From the NCBI GenBank assembly GCA_965200395.1, contig CBDAUH010000003.1, positions 810,398-874,397 on the forward strand: 64,000 nt of DNA, in the 5' to 3' direction. Source of the stretch: Candidatus Poribacteria bacterium. GTDB lineage: Bacteria; Poribacteria; WGA-4E; WGA-3G. Numbering within the stretch: position 1 is the stretch's first letter; every line of letters begins with the position of its first letter. Under the pieces are notes generated by a model. The model did no database searches. It had not been told where the DNA came from and worked only from the letters and a program-made list of their open reading frames with translations. Positions 38,673-49,345 of the stretch are shown here, piece after piece. The translations under genes and the position numbers were made by a program.

Positions 38673-39024
38673 AAATTTTGCATTACATATAAAAATCGGA
38701 TTGGTAGAACATAGTTGTTCCCAATCCGATTTCTTTTTTCGAATCTCGATAGGTATGGGTTTTTAACCCACCTTGTGTATCAAGTATCAATTTAACGTGA
38801 GTTCGGAATAAGGCATTTTTTGTGCTCCATATATCCTTCATATCAAATACGCCGAACTCACGTCGATTTAGAGAACAAGCCTCTACACACATTGTAGGGC
38901 TGGGTCTCTGTGTTCCATCATTGTTAGAATGTAGGATTTACAAGATTCAAACGGAAGAAGAAAACAAAAAAGCCGTGTATTTGATACACGGCTTGTATTT
39001 TCGTTGTGATTTTGGGATATATGA

Positions 39025-39954
39025 CTATTTATCGCCCCATGCACGACCGCGTTTAACCCATAAACGTTGTCCGACGCTTAATTTATTCCGATTAAATATG
39101 TAGTCGTCTTGGTTTCCTGCGACTAACCGCGTCCACTTCTCTGCGTCGTCATAGATTTCAGGGCGCGCGGCGATGTGTTTAAGGGCTGCTTCACCGTTGG
39201 CTTCCTCAATGTCTTCTTCCTTTACGACATATCTATCAACCGGTTCGGGGCTTGTTATGCTAAAACTGAAGCTGTGTGGGTTTTCAAGGGTATTTCCTGC
39301 CATATCAGTTGCACCGGATATGGTGGCAGTGTACATTCGTCCGGCGCGCATCGGCATATCTGAGGTAAATGTCACAGAATTACCTTCACCGCTAACCGTG
39401 CCAGGGAGTGTGAGTTCTGTGGGTTCGCTCATAGAATCTTCTGTTTTAGCAACGGTAACCTCAATTGTAACGCTATTGACATCAATCGATTCACTAAAGG
39501 TGACTGAGAGGTTATCTCGGACATTTAATGAATTTTCGTATTCAGAGAAAACTGTAGCGTCTGCTGGATCGGTGCTGCTTACTGTCGGTGGGGTTGCGTC
39601 GGTGTACGTAAATTTTTGTGTGAGCGTAACGGGTGCATCTGGTTTTCCTTTATTGGTTAGGATAACATCTACTGTTTGTCCAGCTTCACCGGGAGGTGTA
39701 ATTACAGTTACTTCTGTTTTGCTGGGTACTGCGGCATCTACACCGTCCTTCCCTCCGAAAGTTACTGTAACCCCGTTTTTCATGTCGAATTTTTCGCCAG
39801 TAATACGGATGGGTGTTCCTCCGGTTTCTTTTCCCTCAAGCGGTTCCATATTTGATGGTACCGGTTCGGGGTTACAGCCTCCGCATCCTACCATCCATAC
39901 GCAGACAAATGTGAAAATAACGTGAATAGCTATATTTCTGTGTGTGTTCATCAA
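39025..39954 (-). CDS. Lipoprotein with Ig-like/IPT-type beta domains and a C-terminal LysM domain
   Basis: Lipobox MVGCGGC. Thr/Val-rich beta-strand repeats. C-terminal LysM-like YDDAEKWTRLVAGNQDD…LSVGQRLWV. Confidence 0.5.
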   Translation of the reverse strand: MMNTHRNIAIHVIFTFVCVWMVGCGGCNPEPVPSNMEPLEGKETGGTPIRITGEKFDMKNGVTVTFGGKDGVDAAVPSKTEVTVITPPGEAGQTVDVILTNKGKPDAPVTLTQKFTYTDATPPTVSSTDPADATVFSEYENSLNVRDNLSVTFSESIDVNSVTIEVTVAKTEDSMSEPTELTLPGTVSGEGNSVTFTSDMPMRAGRMYTATISGATDMAGNTLENPHSFSFSITSPEPVDRYVVKEEDIEEANGEAALKHIAARPEIYDDAEKWTRLVAGNQDDYIFNRNKLSVGQRLWVKRGRAWGDK

Positions 39955-40113
39955 TTGCTTCTCCTTATCATCAAGAACGGGTGTCTTCTATTTTATGAAG
40001 TATAATTTCTTGCAGCTTGGGCAATCGCATTCCAAGTAATATCGGCTTGAACTACGTTCTAAGTCACGACTTTTAAAATTATACATGCAAATCTGTGTAG
40101 TTGTCAACCTTTT

Positions 40114-40965
40114 TTATTCTTCTCGCCAGGTGGTACGCTTTAGCGGATCATGGACATTAACAACAAGATCGGGGCCGAACCCTTCGATTGCTAGTCGTAC
40201 TGTATCACCTTCACCGACTGCGGTGAGTGCCTCATGATGAGTGCCTGTGGAGACGACATCCCCTGGCTTCAATGTTACCACATTCGTTACCTCCGCGAGC
40301 AGTTCGGGGACGAAACGGGCCATTGCGTTTGTGGAAAAGTCGTGCTGTAATCTGTCATTTATCCAGAGTTGTACACCGAGTGCGTTCGGGTCAGGAACTT
40401 CGTCAGCAGTGATAAGCACGGGGCCCATCGGTGCAAAGGTGTGCCAGCTTTTTCCTAAAAAGAATCCTCCTGGTAAACCGCGTGCAGATACATCAATAAA
40501 TTGTGTGTATCCGAACACATGCTCAAGAGCATTTTCTTGTGTCAGGTGTTTAGCCGTTTTCCCGATGACGATTGCCAATTCAGGTTCAAAATGGAACACT
40601 GTTACATCTGCTTTTGGCAGTTCGACGGTCTCTTTCGTAGAAATGACACTGGTTGTAGCCTTTAGGAAGGCATTAAAATCTCCACGAGAGGGGCTGTCTG
40701 GTTCGATGTAGTTGCCAGCGAGGCAAACAAGCTGTCCGGGATGCGGCAGCGGTGCTTTGAGGTTGACATCATCTAATGAAATGGGGTCGCCTTTTTCTGC
40801 TGTATCCATGATTGATGCCTGCAGATTATCATAATCCTCAATCACCGTCTGTACTAATTCTTGCGGTGTATGATATGAAATATCCTTAAGGGCATTCGTT
40901 ATATCAACGATTTCGTTTTCTGTGATCACACCGAGCTGGTAATCATCAAAGAATGCAAGTTTCAT
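40114..40965 (-). CDS. Fumarylacetoacetate hydrolase (FAH) family protein
   Basis: FAH-family pattern GKSWHTFAPMGPVLITADEV and metal-binding acidic residues. Typical size for the family (~280 aa). Confidence 0.7.
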   Translation of the reverse strand: MKLAFFDDYQLGVITENEIVDITNALKDISYHTPQELVQTVIEDYDNLQASIMDTAEKGDPISLDDVNLKAPLPHPGQLVCLAGNYIEPDSPSRGDFNAFLKATTSVISTKETVELPKADVTVFHFEPELAIVIGKTAKHLTQENALEHVFGYTQFIDVSARGLPGGFFLGKSWHTFAPMGPVLITADEVPDPNALGVQLWINDRLQHDFSTNAMARFVPELLAEVTNVVTLKPGDVVSTGTHHEALTAVGEGDTVRLAIEGFGPDLVVNVHDPLKRTTWREE

Positions 40966-40991
40966 TCAGTTTTTTGCTCCTATATTAAGCA

Positions 40992-41125
40992 GGACTTACG
41001 CATTGTAGCATAAACTTTCCAGTTTGTGCATTGGGGACGCAACCTAGAAAGGTTACGCTACAAAGATCACAAACTTTTTTAGAGCGGTTTATAACCCGAC
41101 TTCAACCGAAATTGCGTAAGTCCTA
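40992..41125. mobile_element. MITE-like element (about 134 bp) with 11-12-bp terminal inverted repeats AGGACTTACGCA / TGCGTAAGTCCT, containing a long imperfect hairpin built from the dispersed GGTTATGCTACAA repeat
   Basis: Terminal inverted repeats at 40992-41003 and 41114-41125. The internal TTGTAGCATAAACTTTCCAGTTTGTGC … GCAACCTAGAAAGGTTACGCTACAA forms a stem of about 26 bp. A second copy lies at 47758..47836. Confidence 0.5.
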
Positions 41126-41265
41126 ATTAAGGTTTTTAACAAGTGGGTGGCTCTGTTCTACTAAAGGTAGTCATAAGCTGCCGCGTGGCTGCGGTTAATG
41201 CTACCACAACCGCTAATTACCGCGCGTAAAGTCACAAATAATCTCCAAATTAGGTTTTAGTCGTG

Positions 41266-42285
41266 TCACTGTGTCTTGCTACTATTCATCTGTAACAACG
41301 TCTGCCACTGCGTCTCGTCAACAAGTATCCCTTTTTTTAGACTCTCCTGCCGTGTGCGTAACATACCTTCTCCTGGATACCGCACATTTTCGTTTTCATC
41401 TAAGGGTGTAGCGGTATGGAAGTCATTGATAATCATTTCTACGGTTTCGTTTAATACTGTTTGTCCCATCATATCAGCAGTACTAATAGCTATGAATACT
41501 TGAGAGACAGCGTATTCTGATTTTTGTTTTCCGATCTGATGTGTCGCTTGCCCGCCTGAGATTACGGCAGCCATTGTATCGAGCACTAGTGCTAAGCCTG
41601 AACCTTTCCAATAGCCGATTGGGAGTGCTCTTTGGGAATCGAGAATCTCTGCAGGTTCAATTGTTAGTTCACCCATAGTATCATATCCACGTGGTAACGG
41701 GAGTTGCTTGTTTTGTCGTTTGAGGACTTCTAATTTTCCATTTGAGTACTGACTCATTGCCATGTCGAGCAGAATGTGTCCATTATCACGGGGAATGGCA
41801 ATTGCTAAGGGGTTATTCCCAATCTTTTTCTCAGTGGAACCCCATGGTGGCATGAGTTTAGTTGTATTTGTCCAACAGATACCGATATATCCTGCTTCTG
41901 CTGCTTGTAGTGCGTAGGCACCGCCGCGCATCCAGTGGTTTGTATTGGAAAGCCCTATACAACCGATGCTTTGTGCTTTGGCAAGTTCCATTGCGCGGTG
42001 CATACAGATGTGTGCGTTCACGAGACCTACTCCCATTTTTCCATCCCATCGTTCGAGCGCGCCGAAACTTTCTATTTTCTCAGGTTGTGCTTGGAAATCA
42101 ATCTGTTTGCTTTGGAGTCCTGCTACAAATCCTGGAAATCGATTGAGTCCATGTGAGTAGACACCATCGCGTTGGTTCTCTGTGAACAGTTGTGCACATA
42201 ATCTTGCACGTTCATCAGCAAATCCAACGGACGAGAGCACACGGAAAAATTCATCATATAAAGTTTGGAAAGGTACACGTATCAT
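41266..42285 (-). CDS. Ldh_2 family (malate/L-sulfolactate/ureidoglycolate dehydrogenase type 2) oxidoreductase
   Basis: Ldh_2 layout: YSHGLNRFPGFV, HICMHRAMELA, and a WTNTT…PWGS region. Confidence 0.7.
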   Translation of the reverse strand: MIRVPFQTLYDEFFRVLSSVGFADERARLCAQLFTENQRDGVYSHGLNRFPGFVAGLQSKQIDFQAQPEKIESFGALERWDGKMGVGLVNAHICMHRAMELAKAQSIGCIGLSNTNHWMRGGAYALQAAEAGYIGICWTNTTKLMPPWGSTEKKIGNNPLAIAIPRDNGHILLDMAMSQYSNGKLEVLKRQNKQLPLPRGYDTMGELTIEPAEILDSQRALPIGYWKGSGLALVLDTMAAVISGGQATHQIGKQKSEYAVSQVFIAISTADMMGQTVLNETVEMIINDFHTATPLDENENVRYPGEGMLRTRQESLKKGILVDETQWQTLLQMNSSKTQ

Positions 42286-42314
42286 GCAAGCCTTCCTTGA
42301 TGTGATCTATTTCC

Positions 42315-43172
42315 TTACCACATTTCAAGCCAATCCATGAGGGTTGTCACTTGCTGTGTTTGGCTTCGAATGACCCATTTGAAATCGGGGTCTTTCCAAT
42401 AGATTGTGCCTGGATGGTCGCCGTCGCGGAGATAGCGAATGTCGATTGCCCAACGAATAATCTGACTTGTGGTGTGCGGCAAGGATCTATGGAGTGTGAG
42501 ATTATGGAACACCAACGCATCTCCTATTTCCATCGGACATGTCACAATACGGGAATCATCCACGAGTTCATCCATCACCTCAAGGAATTTACCTTCTCGG
42601 TTTTCAGTATGATGATTGACAACCCCTAATCGATGTGAACCTGCAACTACCTGCAAACAACCGTTAGTTTCGTCTACTGGAACGAGGGGGATCCATGCTG
42701 TTGGGATGAGTGATTCTTCGCTAACTTTACCGAAATAGCCGCTGTCTTGGTGCCATGGAACGACGGTCAACTGTTGTCCGGGAAGTTTTGGGCGTGCATT
42801 GAAGACTGGGTGTCCGATCACATCTGTTCCTGTGAGCTTGCCGATAGCATCTACGAGGGGGCCGGCGTAATGCAAATCAAATATTTCGGATGTTGCGATT
42901 TGCCCGCGCCAGGAACGTCCGAAACGGTTAGCATGCGTGCCAGCGACTTTGAGTAATCGGGTTTCAAATGGCAGTTCTGTTCCTTCATCTTCCACAGTTC
43001 CTTGTTCTTTCAGTTGCCGGATTATGTCCTCAACGACACAAGCGAACCTGTGGCGTACCCCATCAATAAGAGGCTTGGGAATGACGTTTTTTAGGAGTAA
43101 ATATCCGTCGTTTTCCCATTGATGTATCTGTTCAGGGGAGAGTGGTCTATGTTGTTTTCGATCAATTTTCAT
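42315..43172 (-). CDS. Phytanoyl-CoA dioxygenase (PhyH) family Fe(II)/2OG oxygenase
   Basis: PWHQDSGYF (His-x-Asp facial triad) and C-terminal HRSLPHTT. Confidence 0.7.
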   Translation of the reverse strand: MKIDRKQHRPLSPEQIHQWENDGYLLLKNVIPKPLIDGVRHRFACVVEDIIRQLKEQGTVEDEGTELPFETRLLKVAGTHANRFGRSWRGQIATSEIFDLHYAGPLVDAIGKLTGTDVIGHPVFNARPKLPGQQLTVVPWHQDSGYFGKVSEESLIPTAWIPLVPVDETNGCLQVVAGSHRLGVVNHHTENREGKFLEVMDELVDDSRIVTCPMEIGDALVFHNLTLHRSLPHTTSQIIRWAIDIRYLRDGDHPGTIYWKDPDFKWVIRSQTQQVTTLMDWLEMW

Positions 43173-43589
43173 GTTTTCTCACTTTCGTATCAACATTTTT
43201 AAATGTTGGCGATTTAGCTATGCGTTTCCATATACGTTCGGAGCACTGTATTTATCTGCGTGTGATGATTTTTTCTTTGTTCTTTGAACGATTCTAAGAG
43301 TTTGATGTTTTGAAGATAATTTTCAGGACAATACGGTTAGCATTTTTCTGTAAGTCATCATCAAGTTCAGGGATCTCTGATGTGTCAATCGTTTCCTCTG
43401 GAAGGTTCTGATTTCAGATAACCGTGTCTTTGAAAGTTGCATAGTATCTTCTTTTTAAATAGTATATCACTTTTCTGGAAAATTGACGAATCTTTTCAAC
43501 TCCACAGTTTTAATGATCTGAAAAATAGTCATTATGCCGTTGACATTTTATACAGAAACTGATAGGTTACATACTAAGGAGGAAACACT

Positions 43590-44978
43590 ATGGCTACTTT
43601 GACTCAAACAGAGAACCGTATCAGACCGCTCTATATTGATGGATATACTGACCAGTTAAGCTATGCACCTGGAGAGGAAATTGCGTTTAATGTTTCAACT
43701 AGTGCGGGTAACTATGCTATGGAAATAGCACGTATAGGAGCAACGCGCGAGGTTGTTTTTAATGAATCGGGGTTACCGGGTGAAGCACAACCAATTCCGG
43801 TAAATGCATCATCACATGGATGCGGATGGAATGCTACTTTTACATTCGAAGTGCCAGATACATGGCAAAGCGGATATTATGAAGCCATTCTCCGAGCAGC
43901 TGATGGCGGTGGTGATCCTATCTATAGAAACCATCGCACTGCTGAAAGTTCCTTGTTTTTTATTGTTCGTCCAGCGAAACCTGGTGTGAACACACCGATT
44001 TTGCTGCAATTATCCACTAATACATATAATGCTTATACGAACTGGGGTGGTTTTAGTCTTTATGGGTATCACGGGCAGAATGGAATGCAAGGACGGCGTG
44101 TTTCATTTGACCGGCCTATGGGGAGTCAGTATAGGACTTGGGAGCTGCCCTTTGTTGTGTGGGCGGAGCAGAATGGATATACGTTGGATTATGCAGCAAA
44201 TAGTGATCTTGAATTCTGTCCTGAGATGTTGGAACATTACGAACTTGTTCTGAGTCTTGGGCACGACGAGTACTGGTCTGCACCGATGCGCGATAATCTT
44301 GAAGCGTTCATTGCGGAGGGTGGAAACGTCGCATTTTTCAGTGGGAATGCTGTGTGCTGGCAGGTGCGTTCTGAGGATGAGGGACGCGCGCTCGTTTGCT
44401 GGAAGCAGAGCTACAACCAAGACCCTATTTACAAAACTGATGATTACAGCACTCTCAGTACATTGTGGAGTCACTATTTGGTAGAACGTCCTGAAAATCA
44501 TCTAACAGGTGTCGGTTTCCTTCAAGGGGGCTATCACTTGAGCCATGGGCAGTTTATGGATGGGGATGGTGCATACACGGCACACCGTCCAGAACATTGG
44601 GTGTTTGAAGGCACGGACTTAGCAACGGATGACAAGTTCGGTGGGCAAAATACCATTGTCGGTTACGAATGCGATGGCTGCGAATTTACGGTTGAGGATG
44701 GTCTACCTGTGCCGACCTATCAGGATGGTACACCTGAGGGGTTCACTATCCTTGCAACTGCTCCTGTCCGTTGGCATCCGGATGATTGTGAATGGTATGA
44801 ACGTTGGGAACAAGGACATACAGGGGCTGCAACGATGGGGATTTATACAAAAGGTGGCACTGTATTTACTGCTGCAACAACAGATTGGTCTCACGGATTG
44901 GCGGGTGGGGATGCTGTTGTGGAACAGATTACGCATAATGTTTTGCAAAGGCTTTCGGGAAAAGACAAAAACATTTAA
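43590..44978 (+). CDS. Hypothetical protein (N,N-dimethylformamidase large-subunit-like / uncharacterised amidotransferase-like fold?)
   Basis: 462 aa with a good RBS AAGGAGG. Gly/Trp/Tyr-rich. Assignment to the DMFase-like family is a guess from memory of that family. Confidence 0.25.
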   Translation: MATLTQTENRIRPLYIDGYTDQLSYAPGEEIAFNVSTSAGNYAMEIARIGATREVVFNESGLPGEAQPIPVNASSHGCGWNATFTFEVPDTWQSGYYEAILRAADGGGDPIYRNHRTAESSLFFIVRPAKPGVNTPILLQLSTNTYNAYTNWGGFSLYGYHGQNGMQGRRVSFDRPMGSQYRTWELPFVVWAEQNGYTLDYAANSDLEFCPEMLEHYELVLSLGHDEYWSAPMRDNLEAFIAEGGNVAFFSGNAVCWQVRSEDEGRALVCWKQSYNQDPIYKTDDYSTLSTLWSHYLVERPENHLTGVGFLQGGYHLSHGQFMDGDGAYTAHRPEHWVFEGTDLATDDKFGGQNTIVGYECDGCEFTVEDGLPVPTYQDGTPEGFTILATAPVRWHPDDCEWYERWEQGHTGAATMGIYTKGGTVFTAATTDWSHGLAGGDAVVEQITHNVLQRLSGKDKNI

Positions 44979-45025
44979 CTTCAAGTTTTTGTATGTTTTA
45001 GTCTGTGAAAAACCTTAGTAATGTT

Positions 45026-45511
45026 TTATATCATTTCGAGGTATGGATCCAATTCTTCCTCATCTGTGATACCGAGGCTATGAAGTAATTCCTCCCTTGT
45101 AATGTTAAAATCTCTTAATCCGTGGAACATCCTGTTTATGATGGGGTCCTTCGTATTAATGTCTTTGTCTTCAGGCACCTCTTCAAGACTCCTTGCCATG
45201 CGATAAAACATAATATTATCTTCAATAATACTATCTTCAATAAAATGTTTATCATAAAGGTTATGGGGACTTGATGGTCCATAATGTCCTTCATATTGGT
45301 CAAGTGCCGATTCATCGGATTCGGTAATTTTCCATAATCCGCCTGTTACAATATTGTTTTCTTGGGGTAGGATATCAGGCAATTTACCTCTAAAAGTTAA
45401 ACGGTATCCTTTTAGTTTATATTTACCGACTACCTCAGCATTCGGGCATATTTGTGCCATAGCTTCTTGATTTAAATTTGAACCATAAGCAAAATAATAA
45501 CGCATTATCAT
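45026..45511 (-). CDS. Gamma-glutamylcyclotransferase / AIG2-like family protein
   Basis: N-terminal YFAYGSNL motif. Start placed at MIMRYYF (45511), where an AAGGAAA RBS lies upstream. Confidence 0.65.
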   Translation of the reverse strand: MIMRYYFAYGSNLNQEAMAQICPNAEVVGKYKLKGYRLTFRGKLPDILPQENNIVTGGLWKITESDESALDQYEGHYGPSSPHNLYDKHFIEDSIIEDNIMFYRMARSLEEVPEDKDINTKDPIINRMFHGLRDFNITREELLHSLGITDEEELDPYLEMI

Positions 45512-45644
45512 GTTTCCTTTTCTGTTGGCTGAAAACGAGGAAATTATGCGGGGTACATTGTCTCCCCGCATAACATCTTTTTGTATGTTTTTGTCTGTAA
45601 GCTGACAAAATATAACTCGTTAGGTTAATAATTCGCTCGGATAT

Positions 45645-47723
45645 TTATGTTCTCTGAGTTCGGTGGTTGTATCCACCTATAATCTCATAGTTCACGCCGT
45701 CGTGGCAGATAATCATACGGCGATGAAGTTTTAAGCATTTTGCCAGATCATAAGATAGATCCACTAGTTTAAAATATTCTTCACTGCCAAATTCAATCTT
45801 TTTGCGTTCTGAATGCCCATCATATTCGATATCTACCCACGGTTCTTCGATATCATCTACCCACAGTCCTTCATTTCGGCGAAAAGTCTTAGTACCAATA
45901 TGTTTCTTATTATTGTACTGTCGTTTGAGCCGATCTTCTCTTTGATATAGATTGTCCTTCCTACCGCCAACAATTTTATATCCTGGTCCGATGTGTGCCC
46001 CATCAATGTTAATAATGACTATGATCGAACCGTCTTCAGCGTACTCAATTTCTGTGTATGGTGTTTCTACACCGTGCTCTCTGCTGATATGTTCAATTTC
46101 AGTCCTGAGTTCTTCATTTAGACCATAAAGCACCGCTTGATCCACCAATTCCGCAATTTTACGTTTTGCCCAGATATGTGGTATGAAATCGTTCTCCCTT
46201 TCGATCTCTGCAAAATGCAGGTCTTTGGAAAATTCTTGTGGTTCGTTACCGATATTTCCTAGTAGTTTCAGGGTTGTATCGCCGTGGGATTCATACCGTC
46301 CGAAGAGTGTAAACTGCTCACCACGAAATATGTCTGGAAGTTCCATCGGAGACAACTCTTTCGTAGTGATTTGGCCGAATTCAAGGGTAACGTCTGTCAA
46401 GACCGGTTCGTTCATTTTTTTGAAAAGAGAGGATACAGCGATTTCAATGTCTTCGCGTGGTTCAACATAGTTGCATGTGCCGCCGTTGTCTGCTGCCATT
46501 TTATCAAGCAAACGGAAATTTACCTCGTACCCTACACCGAAGACAAAGATGCGGGATCGACTTGCGTTTGCTCGTTTTACATTTTCAAGTATTCGGACTT
46601 CATTCCTCTCTCCGGCAGTTGGACACCCATCGGTAAGGAAAACGATGATTCGTGGACGGTTTGGATCCGGGGTTTCATCCAATGCTTTGCGCAGTGCATC
46701 ATTGATATTTGTACCACCACCTGCTTCAATACTGTCAATAGATGCAAGAGCTTCTTCACGTCCATCTTCCACACCAATAAGTTTGTGTGTCGATGCTGCA
46801 GATAATCCTTCTTGTCTATTTAGTCTGTCCGTTAAGGACGTAATACTTGTATTGAATAGAATTAGATTGAACCGATCACCTTCATTTAGATTCTGAACAC
46901 AGTAGCGAAGTGCCTCTTTCGCTTGTTCTATCTTTTTTCTAGCCATGCTACCTGAGCGATCCAACACAAAGATGAAGTCCTTTTCAATAATATCGGTTTT
47001 TTCCACTTTATACTTAGGTGAAACGAGTAACATGAAATATCCATCTTCATCCTTATTGGCACGGTGTGTGAATAGGGTCATCCCAAAATTATCGTCCGCA
47101 ACCGAGTAGTAGCATTCAAAATTGTCGTCTGGATCTATATCTTCGCCTTTGTAACGAATCCTGGCATGGTTGTCATCTTGTCGGTTGATTGTAATCTCGT
47201 GTGAAGGTGAATAGATAGTTCTAAGTTCAGAATCGCTTTCGATTTCCATTTCGATGCGAAGTTTTGCGATCCTTCCAGAATCGGATTTTGCGATTGATAA
47301 TGGACACATATACTTAGCAAGATCGTCTTCTGATCGAACAATATTTGAGTATTCAAATTGAGTATGTACCTCACTGTCTGCTGGAATGCTTACATCTGCT
47401 AAAAACGCGCGTGTCCCAAAGTGTTCAGCGAATCCTATATAGCCCTCCTGTACTATTGACTCATAGTACATACGCGATTCTTCGTTAGAAAGCAATTCTC
47501 CTGTTACTGGGGATCCATCAATAGAAAGTATGAAATTTGAGCGTTCTACATCGTCTGTGACAGGGAAAATATAGAGACCATTAACACGGGAATCGTTTGG
47601 GTTCGTGAAAGTTTGGTTGATTTTCGTATTAACCACCTGATTATTGACTGCGATATTGATATGATAGCGATCAATATTTAACGGGTATACACGACTATTT
47701 ATAAGTGAAAATACAGTTAACAT
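45645..47723 (-). CDS. VIT + von Willebrand factor type A (vWA) domain protein
   Basis: VIT-like N-terminus and a vWA MIDAS motif (FVLDRSGSM…, CxxGGGTN). 692 aa. Confidence 0.65.
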   Translation of the reverse strand: MLTVFSLINSRVYPLNIDRYHINIAVNNQVVNTKINQTFTNPNDSRVNGLYIFPVTDDVERSNFILSIDGSPVTGELLSNEESRMYYESIVQEGYIGFAEHFGTRAFLADVSIPADSEVHTQFEYSNIVRSEDDLAKYMCPLSIAKSDSGRIAKLRIEMEIESDSELRTIYSPSHEITINRQDDNHARIRYKGEDIDPDDNFECYYSVADDNFGMTLFTHRANKDEDGYFMLLVSPKYKVEKTDIIEKDFIFVLDRSGSMARKKIEQAKEALRYCVQNLNEGDRFNLILFNTSITSLTDRLNRQEGLSAASTHKLIGVEDGREEALASIDSIEAGGGTNINDALRKALDETPDPNRPRIIVFLTDGCPTAGERNEVRILENVKRANASRSRIFVFGVGYEVNFRLLDKMAADNGGTCNYVEPREDIEIAVSSLFKKMNEPVLTDVTLEFGQITTKELSPMELPDIFRGEQFTLFGRYESHGDTTLKLLGNIGNEPQEFSKDLHFAEIERENDFIPHIWAKRKIAELVDQAVLYGLNEELRTEIEHISREHGVETPYTEIEYAEDGSIIVIINIDGAHIGPGYKIVGGRKDNLYQREDRLKRQYNNKKHIGTKTFRRNEGLWVDDIEEPWVDIEYDGHSERKKIEFGSEEYFKLVDLSYDLAKCLKLHRRMIICHDGVNYEIIGGYNHRTQRT

Positions 47724-47757
47724 TTTTCTCTCCTTTCTAAATGGTTATGTAGATTTA

Positions 47758-47836
47758 GGACTTACGCGGTTTCGGTTGAAGTCGGAGTTATAAACCGCTC
47801 TAAAGAAGTATGTGATCCTTAATGCGTAAGTCCTGG
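47758..47836. mobile_element. Second copy of the AGGACTTACGC-terminated MITE-like element (about 79 bp)
   Basis: AGGACTTACGCGGTTTCGGTTGAAGTCGGAGTTATAAACCGCTCTAAA…GCGTAAGTCCT. Its internal sequence is the reverse complement of 41073-41112. Confidence 0.5.
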
Positions 47837-47853
47837 TAGATTATAAGATATAC

Positions 47854-48597
47854 CTACTTTGAAGCAGCACTGATAAACGCTTCAAATAACTTTTTGGAAT
47901 GCTTGAGAAATTCACGTTGATACAATGGTGGCGTTTCGTCAATCCACATGCGTTCTGGGTGGTATTGCACGCCTATAACAAACTGATCTGATGGATATTC
48001 TATTGCTTCAATGATGCTGTCTTCTGATTGTGCTGTGACGACTAAACCTTTGCCAATATTGTCTATTGCCTGATTATGTGCTGTGTTGACTAAGCTATTT
48101 CCGAGCCTGTTTATTGCTTGATGGTGCGCAGAATTAACTTCGTCTGTACTTTCTCCTACAATTTTCATTAATAAACTTTGCGGTTCAATTTCAATTTCAT
48201 GCCAAGCATCACCTACCGAATTTCCGTTATGCTGGCATGCAGGTGATGGATATTCGTCATCTATATCTTGATACAGACTCCCGCCCAACGCCACATTCAT
48301 AATCTGAATACCGCGGCATATACCAAAGACGGGGATATGTCTTTCCATTGCTTCGTTGAAAAGCGATATTTCGAATTCATCGCGTTTCTCGTTAACATAT
48401 CGAGTTTTTGGATGGGGTAGTCCAATATATCTTTCTGGGTCAATATCGCCTCCACCGGGAAGTAAAAGTCCGTCGAGTTTCGTCATGTCGACCTCATATC
48501 CGATGAGTAATTTCTTAACCGTACCACCATGTTTCTCAACTACGTATTTGTAGTTCTCAAATTTATAACACTCTATGATTCCAATTATAAGTTTCAT
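47854..48597 (-). CDS. Class I glutamine amidotransferase-like, peptidase C26 family (gamma-glutamyl hydrolase)
   Basis: GICRGIQIMN (catalytic Cys), AHHQAI (His), LLLPGGGDIDP. Confidence 0.7.
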   Translation of the reverse strand: MKLIIGIIECYKFENYKYVVEKHGGTVKKLLIGYEVDMTKLDGLLLPGGGDIDPERYIGLPHPKTRYVNEKRDEFEISLFNEAMERHIPVFGICRGIQIMNVALGGSLYQDIDDEYPSPACQHNGNSVGDAWHEIEIEPQSLLMKIVGESTDEVNSAHHQAINRLGNSLVNTAHNQAIDNIGKGLVVTAQSEDSIIEAIEYPSDQFVIGVQYHPERMWIDETPPLYQREFLKHSKKLFEAFISAASK

Positions 48598-48880
48598 TTC
48601 TTTGTGCCTCCATATTTTGTAGTTTATTTATATTATACCATATTTATTCATAAAAGTCAAAGCTATTTTTCACTTATCTGCAGTAAAATAAGGTCAGGTT
48701 CATGTCAATACTGTGTTAGTAAAGATGTAAAACCCGTGTGGTGAGTGGTTTCTCTGGAAATAATTGCACATAATTTTATATGAGTGAATAAGGTTTTATA
48801 GCAAATTTATCAATAAAAACAATACTTTATTATGACATAATAAGGTGATGTTTACCAAACTCGCGTTATAATAGAAAAAA

Positions 48881-49345
48881 TTACTTTATCAATGCTTCAC
48901 GGTCAATCTTCGATTGTAGGTATGGTATGATTCGGTCGTTCGTGGTTTCTTGATCAGATATTGGACAAATATGTATAAGTGTGTCGCCATCTACTAAGTA
49001 AAAACCTTGAGCTACCAGTACAATGTTTCCGTTCCCAAATCCAATAGCTTCGTCAAAAATGACAATTTTCCAGTCTTCTGCATGTGTTGGGTCATTTTCA
49101 TAGAGATTGCGATATTGAATGAGATTAATAGAAATATTACGGGCGCGTAGTGTTGATATATTCAAGTTTGGCATTTTAGATGTACTCCTTTCTTTTTTGT
49201 GTGCACAACTGCTAAACAGAGCTGTTATCAAAGTTATCCACACTATGGCAAAAAATATTACAAGTTTTCCCACAATTAGAACTTTCGCAACGATATTTGA
49301 CATTATGCTCCTCAACACAGTGATATATACATGTGTAGTATTCAT
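48881..49345 (-). CDS. Hypothetical membrane-anchored protein
   Basis: N-terminal transmembrane segment. No motif recognised. Confidence 0.3.
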   Translation of the reverse strand: MNTTHVYITVLRSIMSNIVAKVLIVGKLVIFFAIVWITLITALFSSCAHKKERSTSKMPNLNISTLRARNISINLIQYRNLYENDPTHAEDWKIVIFDEAIGFGNGNIVLVAQGFYLVDGDTLIHICPISDQETTNDRIIPYLQSKIDREALIK

